64,000 nucleotides of DNA from Mobula hypostoma (taxonomy: Eukaryota): contig NC_086097.1 in the NCBI RefSeq assembly GCF_963921235.1, positions 164,922,001 through 164,986,000 of the forward strand, in the 5' to 3' direction. The notes under the pieces are model-generated. The model had not been told where the DNA came from. It did no database searches and saw only the letters and a program-made list of their open reading frames with translations. The position numbers and the translations under genes are program-made. Within the stretch, counting starts at the first letter, position 1; every line of letters starts with the position of its first letter. Positions 51,801 to 63,295 of the stretch are shown here, in pieces.

Positions 51801-52899
51801 AACACTAGCAGAGGCTAATGACAATGACCACGGTGTGCCTACTGCATCAAATGCACACAGCCAAACACTAGCAGAGGCTAATGACAATGACCCCAGTGTG
51901 TCTACTGCATCAAATGCACACAGCCAAACACTAGCAGAGGCTAATGACAATGACCACGGTGTGTCTACTGCATCAAATGCACACAGCCAAACACTAGCAG
52001 AGGCTAATGACAATGACCCCAGTGTGCCTACTGCATCAAATGCACACAGCCAAACACTAGCAGAGGCTAATGACAATGACCCCAGTGTGCCTACTGCATC
52101 AAATGCACACAGCCAAACACTAGCAGAGGCTAATAACAATGACCCCAGTGTGTCTACTGCATCAAATGCACACAGCCAAACACTAGCAGAGGCTAATAAC
52201 AATGACCCCAGTGTGTCTACTGCATCAAATGCACACAGCCAAACACTAGCAGAGGCTAATGACAATGACCCCAGTGTGCCTACTGCATCAAATGCACACA
52301 GCCAAACACTAGCAGAGGCTAATGACAATGACCACGGTGTGCCTACTGCATCAAATGCACACAGCCAAACACTAGCAGAGGCTAATGACAATGACCCCAG
52401 TGTGTCTACTGCATCAAATGCACACAGCCAAACACTAGCAGAGGCTAATGACAATGACCCCAGTGTGCCTACTGCATCAAATGCACACAGCCAAACACTA
52501 GCAGAGGCTAATGACAATGACCCCAGTGTGTCTACTGCATCAAATGCACACAGCCAAACACTAGCAGAGGCTAACGACAATGACCCCAGTGTGTCTACTG
52601 CATCAAATGCACACAGCCAAACACTAGCAGAGGCTAATGACAATGACCCCAGTGTGCCTACTGCATCAAATGCACACAGCCAAACACTAGCAGAGGCTAA
52701 TGACGATAACCCCAGTGTGCCTACTGCATCAAATGCACACAGCCAAACACTAGCAGAGGCTAATGACACAACACAAACACTAACACAAACGTTGAAAAAT
52801 GCAAATAACAAACAACAAGACTCGGATAAAACAGTAAAAGCTTATTCTGGCCGCACAGTGAAAAGACCACAATATCTAGAAGGCTTTGTCCCACATTGA
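42870..52899 (+). pseudogene. pol: Disrupted Gypsy pol (protease, RT, RNase H, integrase, repeat-expanded tail)
   Basis: Protease FQVDSGASSNILP. RT LNKALRREHYP...FSKLD...FWQV...TFNTPFGQYRWLRL. RNase H IQCDASNQGLGAALLQ. Integrase PARPWEK, ITIDYYSNFF, VVSDNGPQY, NGKAESAVKTAK, YRRNRTHL. C-terminus YSGRTVKRPQYL*. Multiple stops and frameshifts. Confidence 0.92.
45838..52767 (+). repeat. 63-bp minisatellite, 110 tandem units (6930 bp)
   Basis: Unit AATGAC[CCCAGT/CACGGT/TACTGT]GTG[C/T]CTACTGCATCAAATGCACACAGCCAAACACTAGCAGAGGCTAAT[G/A]AC. The length is exactly 110x63 with no indels. It accounts for ORFs 45850-52899(+) and 45774-52811(-). Confidence 0.99.
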
Positions 52900-53249
52900 A
52901 TAATTGCATGAACAATTGAACAATAAGTCTGTGACACTGTTTGGCATTTTACTGTCATGTTTATACTCAAAGGAGGACCATATCCTATTTGAGGTTGTGT
53001 AGTTTGTAGTTTGAAGTTAAAATCAAATTTTAGTATGTTTTATATATTGTGTATATATGCTCATACAAACGGAAATAATAAGTGGTACAGTATGTATTTG
53101 TGACAGGCATAAGAGACATAAGGCATGATTAATGAATGCTTTGAAAGTTAATTCCATGAAAATACACTGGAAAGCAGACTTCAGAGAAATTGAGTTTAAT
53201 TGTTAATACAATTGTTCCTTTTCTTTGTTTTGATTTTAAAAAAAGGGGC

Positions 53250-53333
53250 TGTTATGGTATATTTGTACATGCACTCGTGAGAAGACGATTAAAGTTTGTG
53301 CGCATGTGCCGTTGTTTAATCTGTCTCGAACCA
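53250..53333 (+). repeat. 3' LTR (84 bp) of the Gypsy element
   Basis: TG...CA termini, preceded by a polypurine tract at 53238-53248 and followed by TSD CAAC. Confidence 0.92.
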
Positions 53334-54654
53334 CAACCATGGATAATAAGAGAAGTCAAAGCCAACAGAATAACCAAAGGGAGCAGAAATTAGTGGGAAG
53401 TTTGAGGATTGGGAAGCTTTCTAAAAAATCAACATAAGGCAACTAAAAAAGTCATTAAGAAGTAAAGATAGAATAAGAAGATAAGTTAGCCAGTAATATT
53501 AAAGAGGATACCAAAAGTATCTTCAGATACATAAGGTGTAAAAGGGTGGCAAGAGTGAATATCAGGCTGCTGGAAAACTATGCTGGAGAGGTAGTAATGG
53601 GGGACAACAAAATAGCAGACAAATTGAATAAGTATTGTGCATCAGTCTTCACTATGGAAGACACTAGCAGTATGGTGGAAGTTCCAGGTATCAGGGGTCA
53701 TGAAGTGTGTGAAATTACCATTACTAGAGAGAAGGTTCTTCGGAAACTTCAAGGTCTGAAGATAGATAAGTCACCTGGACATGATGGTGTACACCCCAGA
53801 GTTATGAAAGAGGTGGCTGAAGAGATCGTGGAGGCATCAGTAATGATTTTCACAATCTCTGGATTCTGGAATGGTTCCAGAATACTGGAAAATTGCAAAT
53901 ATCACTCGACTCTTCAAGAAAGGAGAGAGGCAGAAGAAAGGAAACTATAGGCTAGTTAATCTGACCTTAGTGGCTGGGAAGATGTTGGAGTTGATTATTA
54001 AGGATGAGGTTTCAGGGTATTTGGAGGCACATGATTAAATAGGCCGTAGTCAGCATGGCTTCCTCAAGGGAAAATCTTGCCTGACAAATCTGTTGGAATT
54101 CTTTGAAGAAATAACAGGCAGTATAGACAAAGGAGAATCAGTTGATGTTGTGAACTTGGATTTTGAGAAGACCTTTCACAAGGTGCCACACATGAGGCTG
54201 CTTAACAATCTACAAGCCCTTGGTACAGGAAAGATTCCAGCATGGATAAAGCAGTGGCTGATTGGCAGGAGGCAAAGTGTGGGAAAAAAGGGATCCTTAT
54301 CTGGCTGGCTGCCGGTGATGAACCGTGTTCCAGTGGGGCTTGTGTTGGGACCAATTTTTTTTATGTTATTTATCTATGATTTGGATGATGGAATTAATGG
54401 CTTTGTTGAAAAGTTTGCAGACGATATGAAAATAGGTGGAGGGGCAGGTAGCTTTGAGGAAGTTGGGAGGCTACAGAAGGATCTAGAAAGATTAGGAGAA
54501 TGGTCAAAAGAGTGACAGATGGAATACAGTGTCTAGAAATGTGTGATCATGTATTTTGGTAGAAGAAATGAAAGGGTTGACTATTTTATAAATGGAGAGA
54601 AAATACAAAAAACTGAGGTGCAAAGGGACTTGGGAATCTTTGTGTAGGATTCCC

Positions 54655-55395
54655 TATACCTCCTCCCTCACTACCATTCAGTCCTTCCAGGTGAGGTGAC
54701 ACTTTACCTCTGAATTTGTTGGGGTCACATACTGTGTCCAGTGTTCTTGGTGTGGCCTCCTGTATATCAATGAGACCCGACGTAAATTGGGAGACCGCTT
54801 CACTGAGCACCTAAGCTCAGTCCACAAGAAGAAACGAGATCTCCCAGTGGCCATTCATTTTAATCCCACTTCCCATTCCCATTCTGATATGTCAACCCAT
54901 GGCCTCCTCTACTGTTATGATGAGGCCACACTCAGGTTGAAGGAAAAACACCTTATATTCCATTTGGGTAACCTCCAACCTGATGGCATGAACATTGACT
55001 TCTTGAGCAGCCAGTAATGTCTCCCCCCGACCTCCCCATTCCCCATCCCCTTTTCCTTCTCTCACCTAATCTCCTTGCCTGCCCATCGCCTCCCTCTGGT
55101 GCTCCTCCCTCTTTTCGTTCTTCCATGGCTTTCTACCCTCTCCTATTAGATTCCCTCTTCTCCAGCCCTGTATCTCTTTCACCAATCAACTTCCCAGCTT
55201 TTATTTTATCGCTCCCCCTCCCGGTTTCACCTATCATGCTGTGTTTCTCTCTCCCCGCCCCCCACCTTTTAAATCTACTCCTCATCTATTTTTTTCCAGT
55301 TCTGCCGAAAGGTCTCGGCCCAAAACGTTGACTGTACTTTTTTCCATAGATGCTGCCTGGCCTATTGAGTTCCTCCAGCATTTTGTATGTGCTGC
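54655..55395 (+). mobile_element. Penelope-like element 3' fragment inserted in the CR1
   Basis: GIY-YIG remnant (CGLLYINETRRKLGDRFTEHL...LQPDGMNIDF) plus pLTR. The CR1 RT sequence resumes at about 55396. Confidence 0.87.
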
Positions 55396-56524
55396 TTTTC
55401 AGGTTGAGTCTGTGATGAGGAAGGCAAATGGAATGTTAGCATTTATGTCAAGGGGACTAGAATATAAAAGTAAGGATGTAATGCTGAAACTTTATAAATC
55501 ACTGGTGGGATCTCACTTGGAGTATTGTGAGCAGGTTTGTTCCACATCTTCGAAAGGATGTGCTGAAACTGGAAAGGGTTCAAAGGAGGTTCACAGAAAT
55601 GATTCCAGGATTGAATGGTTTTTCATATGAAGAGTGTTTGATGGCTCTGAGCCTCTATTCACTGGAATTCAGATGAATGAGGAGTGACCTATTTGCAACC
55701 CATCGCATGGTGAAAGGTCTTGATAGAGTGGATGTGGAGAGGATGTTTCCTATGGTGGGAGAGTCTAAGACGAGAGGACACAGCCTCAGAATAGAGGAGT
55801 GTCCTTTTAGAATGGAGATGAGGAGGAATTTCTTCTGCCAGAGAGTGGTGAATCTGTGGAATTATTTGCCAATGGAAGCTGTGGAAGCCAAGTCTTTATG
55901 TATATTTAGGGTGAGGTTGATAGATTTTTGATTGGTCAGGTCACGAAGGAATATGGGGGTAAGTCTGGAGGATGGTACTGAGAAAGAAATGGATCAGCCG
56001 TGATTAAAGGGCAGACCAGACTTGATGGGCCAAATGGCCTAATTCTGCTCCTACATCTTATGGCCTTATGGTGAGTGTGGATGGAAGATGTATCTTAACA
56101 TAGACATAAGGTTGTGTGTGATATTGATGTATGGTATAGAGTTAATTGACATGTTTCTTCTCAGTGCAGTGCCTGGTCCATCATGGATAAAGCCTCCCTA
56201 CCACTGAGCACATCCAAATGGAGTGCTCTCCCAGGAAAGCAGTATCCATCAACAAGGACCTCCATCATCTTGGTCATGCTCTTTTCTCATGGCTTCCATC
56301 AGGAAAAAAGTAGGGGAGCCTCAGGATTTTCACCACCAGTTTCAGGAACAGTTATTATCCCTCAACCATCAAGTTCTTGAACCAGAGAGGATAACTTCAT
56401 TCAAGTTCACTTGGCCCATCATTAAGCTGTACCCACAACCAAAAGACTCACCTTCAAGGACCCTTCATCTGATACTCTCAATGTTTATTTCTTATTTGTT
56501 TGTTTGTTTGTTTGTTTGCTTGTT

Positions 56525-57008
56525 ATTTTTTTTCTCAGCTCAAGTAGGTAAAACCCGAGGTAAAGGCAAAGCCAAGCACACTCAATTGCTAGGAACCTTC
56601 GGACTATTCTAGTGGTGTTTAGTATTGTGGCTTTCTGGAGATTTACATAGATATTGCTGTGTAGCTGAATTGTTTAATGCTATTGTGTAGTGACTTTGGG
56701 ATGATACCAGTTGTAGATATTACTATCTGGACGATTTATAGCTTGTTCATGTTCCAATGACCATGTCATGCGTGTCTTTCCTCTCTTAACTGCTTGAGTG
56801 GTGTCAGTTGTAAGTGAGCAGCTTCCCTGAGAGACATCAGCAGCAGTCACAATCTGTGGTGTTGTTGGGCTACTTTGAATGTTGGCCATATCCTTCATGG
56901 GTTTCCCAGTGACTGTCCACCTATTCATCTCTACCCAACACTAACTTCAGGCATGCCCTGGTGGTCCCCAGGCAGCAGGCATATCACTGTATTCCATAGA
57001 CATCTCTC
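56525..57008 (-). mobile_element. Internally deleted R4/Dong-like non-LTR element
   Basis: Minus strand: an N-terminal piece (KTRMTWSLEHEQAI) is fused near 56733 to the RLE C-terminus VISTTGIIPKSLHNSIK...NLQKATILNTTRIVRRFL. Ends in an A/TAA-rich tract. Confidence 0.65.
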
Positions 57009-58879
57009 TATTATTATTAATACTATTTCTTTTTTTCTTCTCCTTCATTTTGTATTAGTTTTTTTTCATATTGGTTGTTGGCCGTCCTGTTGGGTGTGGT
57101 CTTCCATTGATTCTATTGTGTTTCTAATGTTTCCTGTGATAGCCCACAAGAAAATGAATCTCAGAGTTGTACAATATCTTGTGAGATATAAGTACTTTGA
57201 ACTTTGAACTTTTTCTGTTAAATCTCTACCTTGTAAACTCTCAGCAAAAGTGAATACTGCTTTCAACAGAGTGCTGGGTGTTGGAAAATAATCTATCTCT
57301 TTAGTTAGTATTGGATGAAAGGTTAAGGCCTGTTCTACACCTAAAGTATAAAAATTATATAGAGCTGGTGGTAAAGTAATAAAATATGGATAATGTAATT
57401 ACATAATTAATTAATACGTTAAGAATGGCAGGACATATGAAATGTGGTATATGGGTGCTACTAGAAGCTAATGTGACCCAGGGTAAATATGTTTGTAGTG
57501 GCTTTGGCTTGAACATTGAGATGGAGACCAAGATGTTAACACTAGGGCTGGGGAGGGGGGTTACCTAAATGCTTTCCATCAAGTGGTGGTTGTACCCCAC
57601 AAGATGAGCCTTTTGATTTGATCAGTAGACATGGAAGAGAAAGTATAACTACAGGTAAGGTGACCAGGGGTGCAGGATCCGAACCTTTCTAATTACCCGA
57701 TGGATTTGAGGTTCTTTCAAGTGTATGAGGTGAGAGTGGGAGCTGTAGGATGGATGAGCTAACTAGCTGTGATGCAGTGATACTGAAACTTCTTCAAATA
57801 TCAGTATTAAACAGGGGGGTTGAGATCATTAATCTTGTATCTAGCAGAGGAGAATACAACAGACTGCTTCACCAAAAGACTCCAGTTAATTGTTCAGATC
57901 TCTTCTTCTTGCCAGCACAGATGGGCCCAGGCTATCCATACAGAACCAACTTGAGACCTGGGGCCACTCACACCTGTCATCTTCCTGTCTCCAAGAAACC
58001 TCTCGGACAATGCAATAATTATGCACAAAAGACCTAGGGACAACATGCCCAGAGAGCATAGGTAATGCCAGTGTTGGTGTTTTGATTGATTTGGCTGCAG
58101 ATTGTGCTTTGTGCAAAACTACTTCGAAATCAAAGTCTTTAGAATGGAGTGTAAGATAGGTTTAAAGCAAAACAACACAGAGCACAACAAAATAGAACAC
58201 AGCAAGCAACAGAACAATAACAGCAAATCAAGCCTGTTTCAAAGACAAAATCCAATTCTTTCCTCCCTCCCAGCCTGCCACACACATACAGTCCTCCAAC
58301 TACAGGACTAACTTCTAGCCTCCGGTCACAATGCTTAGGAAATTGGGCTTTGACTTTTGACTGATCTTCGGGCTCTGATCTTCACTATTGACCCAGTATT
58401 CCAGGGACTCCAAATGGTCAGTACTCTTGCCTCCTGCTCGCATGGCCTTCAAACACGGAATGGAGGCCTGGACTACAGATGTCACTCGTCACCCGCCCAC
58501 AAAGCTGGCCTTCATCACGGACTGAAGATATCCTTTTTCATCCTTCCATGTCGCCTGACCTCTAACTCCTCTCCAAACCATCCCTAAGAAATTGAAAAAC
58601 AGCTAACTGTGATCCATGATCTTAACAGAGACCACAGCTTGACACCCTCCTAGTCATATCATAGAAAGAATTATAGAAATTCATGGTGCAGGTGGAAACA
58701 TTGGGGTCCCTGTCCATACTTGATATCATGCTAGAATCACTATTTCAAAAACTAAAATGATGTCCTTGGCTATCATTCTACGGTCATGAGCTCCATTATA
58801 ATTCAGCCCAACTTCACTAAATGGAGCCCTTGATGCAAGTAACTACAGCAACTCTTAACTGCCAACACCTGTACTCTTA

Positions 58880-59170
58880 AAAGTAAACCACACTTTACAG
58901 CACAAGATGCAAGACTGGGCTTCGATTCCCATTGTTATTTGTAAGGAGTTTGTACATTTTCCTGGTGACCCTGTGGGCTTCCTCCAGATGCTCCAATTTC
59001 CTCCCACATTCCAACGACATGCGGTTGGAGTTAGTGTAATACACATGCTACCTTGGCGTTGGAGGTATGGTGACACCTGCAAGCTGGCCCCAGCATAATC
59101 CTCACTGATTTGATTTAACACAAATGACTCATTTCACGGTATGTTTTGATGTACAAGTGACAAGTAATGT
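58880..59170 (+). mobile_element. tRNA-derived SINE (V-SINE-like)
   Basis: B-box-like CTTCGATTCCC, then GGAGTTTGTACATT...GGGCTTCCTCCAGATGCTCC...TTCCTCCCACATTCCAA and a LINE-like tail. Confidence 0.68.
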
Positions 59171-60277
59171 AAACCTTTCCCAATTTATATTCTGTCAGCT
59201 CCTACCTGTACCCTGAACAAGTGGATAGCATCATGAGTGTCAGCTTGTTACTTCCAAACTCTGTTGCTTTACTCTGACAGACCAGTGCACCACAACCTGA
59301 CTGGTGGAAGCAAAGTCAATTAAAAGATAAATATGGTGATAGAAATCAATACTGTGGTAAACCTCATTGATACATATTGTACAAAGTTTCCTGTTAATCA
59401 AGAACTGATGCTTTTCACTATGAACCACAAATGTTCATCTAGCTTGTAAACTCACTAAGTGGCATAAGATGTTGCCAATATTTACTCACTTGCTGCTGTT
59501 GCCTCCAAATGAAATTCCAATTCCTTCACCTCCATAGACAGCACAATGATGGAAAGAATCCTCAACAGGTTTCACGGTGCTGATTTAACAGCTGTTTTCT
59601 CCACAATGATAAAGTTTTAGGAGGTGCATTTCCTTCAAGATATAGAACAGTAACTAAGCAAAGATTTTATTTCCCATAGCCATGTTTTCTGCATCTTGGG
59701 TCTTGGGAAATCAGAAAAGCTAACATCCTGTTTCTAAAGGATATCTAGAATGTGACCTATTACCAGAGAAACGCAACTCTGATTGCTTCAACAATGTCAA
59801 AAGGTAGGAATAGATCCACTGGGTGGCTGCCTCTGAAGAAACAGTGCTTCAAAGGCCTGTTTGGAAGCTTGTACACAATCCTGTAGGATCAGAAGTTGGC
59901 AATTACACCCATGTGCCTACATTTTCACTTGAGACTTGTGTTCGGGCTGAAATAACGTGACCAGGGCATTGAAGATGATAGTCTGTTACAGATTCTTCTG
60001 TTGATAATTCAAAATGATCTTGCATTTATATAGCACCTTCTTCCTGTAAATTGGGAAAATTTTGGAAACCAAAAAGGATGACTAAAAATATGATAGAAAG
60101 AAAATATAGATTCTAAGCGCAAGCTATTAAAAAATGTTGAAAGCAGAATTTTAAAATATCCCTTGTGTCTGGAAGAACTTGCTTCTTTTCTGGTTTTGTG
60201 GTTTCTGAAATGGTTAATGAAGCCATCTGAAGCATCACTCTACACAAACAGAACAGGTGGTGGTTGATGGAGGTGTG

Positions 60278-60788
60278 TACTGTTCCCTCTAAGCAGCACA
60301 CGTACGTGGCTGCACAGTAACTAAAATGCTCCTGCGCACATAGCCTTTGTTGCCGTGCAGATGGAATTTTCTTTTCATGTCACCATAATTTCGAAATTAT
60401 GGTAATAGAATGTTGAAATCTATGTTAATATATTTGTGAAATACCCTGTAATTAATTATGTGTTAATAAATATAATACATAAATTTTCTAAATAATAAGC
60501 ATACCACCTTTACTTTGAAACATTTTAGAGCTTCAATGTATTTACATTGCCGGTGTTTCAAATTAAACACTGTTACAAATTGAAACAATAAACACAGAAT
60601 GGAAGTTAGTAGCTCACAGTTAATAAACCACCAGCCTGCTGAATGCCAGCACCATCTAGTCAATATTCATAGCATGCATATTACAAAAAAAAATTAAAGA
60701 GCTGGCAATTTTCAGTCCATGTAAATATTTCCTGCTCAGAGCAATGGTTGGTCCACACAGCCGTAAAAAACAATTGGAGATAACATTA
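60278..60788. mobile_element. Possible degenerate hAT-type MITE
   Basis: Left end TACTGTTCCCTCTAA versus degenerate right end TTGGAGATAACATTA. Flanks GAGGTGTG / AGGTTGTG resemble an imperfect 8-bp TSD. Confidence 0.4.
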
Positions 60789-60994
60789 AGGTTGTGGGAA
60801 ATGGGTTTAGTTCATGTGGTCATCTGTTTTTCATCTGCTTACACAGGGCCTTTAGTATCTCATTCAATATTTGATATGATTTTGGAATCGTTTCAAATAG
60901 AGAATGAGAATGGAGTAAAGGGATTTGCAAAGAAGAGAAGGGTGAAGTCAAGCAGTGTCTGTGAAAAGGCACTTAATATTAAGAAGAAGAGATA

Positions 60995-63295
60995 GGGGTG
61001 TCTGTGGCTGCAAGGAGACGCTAGGATGGTGTGTTGCCTCTCTTGATTGCAGAGTCAAGGATGTCTCACAACACAGAAAGAACATTCTAAGAGGGAAGGG
61101 TGAGCAAGCCAAAGATTGTGGTCCGTATAGGTAGTGGTGACACAGGCAGGAGCTGGGGTCAGTTCTTGCAGAGGAATATTAGGGAGTTGGGTAGAAAATT
61201 TAAAAAGCAGCTCATCCAAGATTTTAATCTCAGGATTACTATCCGTGCTACATGCAAGTGAGGTGAGAAATAGATACATTGTGGAGTTCAATGCATGACT
61301 AAAGTGTTGGTGCAGGAGAGAAGGCCTCAGATTTATGAATCATTTGGATCTCTTCAAAGGCATGTGGAACCTGTATAAACGAGACAGTTTATATCAGAAC
61401 TGGAGGGGAACTAATATCCTCATTGAGATATTTGCTGGGTGCTACTCAGGAATTTTTATGCCAGATTGGCAGGACAATGGGAAACACAGTGGCAGGGCAA
61501 TAGGTGGTAGAAATGAGAGCAAGAAAGGTGGTATGGCAAGTCAAGATAGCAAAGGACCAGCTAATAAACATGGTGGGATTGATGGGCTAAAATACGAGGG
61601 GTGATTGATAAGTTTGTGGACTAAGGTAGAAGGAGATGAGTTATTAGCTTCAAACTTTCTGCATAATCACTCAGAGTTGAACTGCATGTGCATGTAATGA
61701 GAGCTGTATAACTCATCTCCTTCTACCTTAGGCCACGAACTTATCAATCACCCCTCGTATGTTCATTACAGCCTGAGATATATTATGGATAAGTACCATA
61801 AATATTGTACATGGAATTAAGATGTTAGTGCTGTTACCAAGACCTGCTTGTGTGAGGGACAGAACTGGCAGCTTTTGTTCCTGGGTTTCATTGTTCAGAC
61901 CCCACAGAGAGGGGTCTAAAAGAGGCAGAGGGTTGCACTACTGGATAAACGAGAATGTCACAGCAGTAATCAGACAGGACATACTGAAGGGTTCGTGAAC
62001 TGAAGCAATTCAGATAGAGCTCAGAAATTGGATAGTTGCAATTATGCTGATAAAATCATACTCTAGAACCACCAATAGCTACCAAGAGGTGGAAGACAGA
62101 TTAATACAGAAATCTGCAGAAACAACAGGTTTGTCATGGTGTGAGACTTTATCTTCACCAGCATTGGTTGGAATTTCTTCGATACAAGAGGCTTTGATGG
62201 GGTGGCATTTACTCAGTCCATCCACTGGATGATTCCAGGAATGAAGGGGTTAACATATGAGGATCTTTGGGCAGCTCTGGGCTTGTACTCACTGGAATCT
62301 AGAAGAATGCATGGGGATCTCATTGAAACCTACTGAACATTGAAAGGACAAGATAAGGTGGATGTGGAGAGGGTGCTTTCTCTGGCGGGGGTATCCAGGA
62401 CTAGAGGGCGCAGCATCAAAATTAAGGGGGAACCTGTTAGAATGAAAGTAAGGAGGAATTATTCATAGGCAAAGAGTGGTGAATCAGTGGAATACTCTGC
62501 CACAGACTATGGTGGAGGCCAGGTCCATGGGTATCTTCAAAGCAGAAGTTAATAGATTCCTGATTGGTCGGGGATCAAGGGATATGGTGAGAGGGCAGGT
62601 ATATGGGGTTGAATGGGATCCAGGATTAGCCATGATGAAATGACAGAGCGGACTCGATGGGCTGAATAACCTAATTCTGCTCCGATGTCTTATGGTCTAC
62701 TAGAGGAGATATGATCCAGGTCAGGTTACTGACCAGATAATGGATGAACATTTTGGGAATAGTGATCACACCTCACTATGGTTTAAGATAGTTATGAGTA
62801 AGGATAAAATTGGATCCTGTGGAAAGATATTAAATTGAGAGGGGACAAATTTCAATAGGATAAGACAGGAGTTGGACAAGTCCATGTCTGACGTGTGGAA
62901 GTTGTTTAAAGACCAGCTGATCAAGTTCGGAATCAACATGTTCCCATAAGGAGTAAGGATGGTAAGGTAAAGAAACATTGAGTGACTCAAGACGCTGTAT
63001 GCTTCATCACGAAGAAAAGGGAGTATACATAAGGTTTCAGAAGCCAAAATCAGACAGGGCCATTGTGGAATATTAAGGTTGAAGGAAAGTGCTGAAGTAA
63101 GCAATTAGTAAAGTCAAAATGGAGCATGAAATGTCCTTGGTGAGCAGGTTCAAGGATAACCCCAAGACATTTTTTACTTGTATGAAGATGAAAAGGATAT
63201 CGAAGGAGAGGGTAGGTCCACTCAAGGATAAAGGAGGGAAATTTTACTTGGAGTCAGGCTGAGGTAGCAAATGAGTATTTTGTATTGATATTTAT
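60995..63295 (+). mobile_element. Old CR1 (ORF1 esterase + ORF2 fragments) with a nested CR1 3' piece (about 62228-62698) and a MITE
   Basis: ILISGLLS...WCRREGLRFMNHLDLF resembles 40450-40810. A CR1 tail AATTCTGCTCCGATGTCTTATGG lies at about 62672-62696. Confidence 0.78.
61595..61757. mobile_element. Tc1/mariner-type MITE (163 bp)
   Basis: 50-bp TIRs CGAGGGGTGATTGATAAGTT...GAGTTAT with 2 mismatches. TA duplication at 61593-61594 and 61758-61759. Confidence 0.92.

Larger units (their letters stand above)
42081..53333 (+). mobile_element. Ty3/Gypsy LTR retrotransposon with very short LTRs (Mag-like), decayed, gag missing, integrase tail expanded by a minisatellite
   Basis: 5' LTR 42081-42174 (TGTTATG...AACA) and 3' LTR 53250-53333 (TGTTATG...ACCA). 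4-bp TSD CAAC at 42077-42080 and 53334-53337. PBS directly after the 5' LTR, polypurine tract AAAAAAAGGGG before the 3' LTR. PR-RT-RH-IN domain order. The flanks rejoin into continuous CR1 ORF2 sequence. Confidence 0.95.
41108..56072 (+). mobile_element. CR1 LINE ORF2 and 3' tail, decayed, interrupted by the Gypsy element (42081-53333) and a PLE (54655-55395)
   Basis: APE start LKVLYLNAHSIQNK. RT KSPGHDGVHPRV, FLKGKSCLTNLLEFFEE, DFEKTFHKVPH, KFADDMKIGG. C-terminus HLEYC...RNFFCQRVVNLWN. Tail ATTCTGCTCC...TCTTATGG. Confidence 0.92.

Noticed and set aside
45838..52767. CRISPR array
   Set aside because: Units are contiguous with no unique spacers, there are no cas genes, and the context is a eukaryotic retroelement.
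45850..52899. Stand-alone host gene (mucin, antifreeze or adhesin-like 2349-aa protein)
   Set aside because: The called start is GTG within the first repeat unit, there is no signal peptide, and the ORF lies inside a Gypsy pol between LTRs. An open frame follows from a stop-free 63-bp unit.
57950..58660. Classification of an apparent interspersed repeat (also 32855-33249)
   Set aside because: It looks repeat-like, but I found no diagnostic motif or boundary that I can support.
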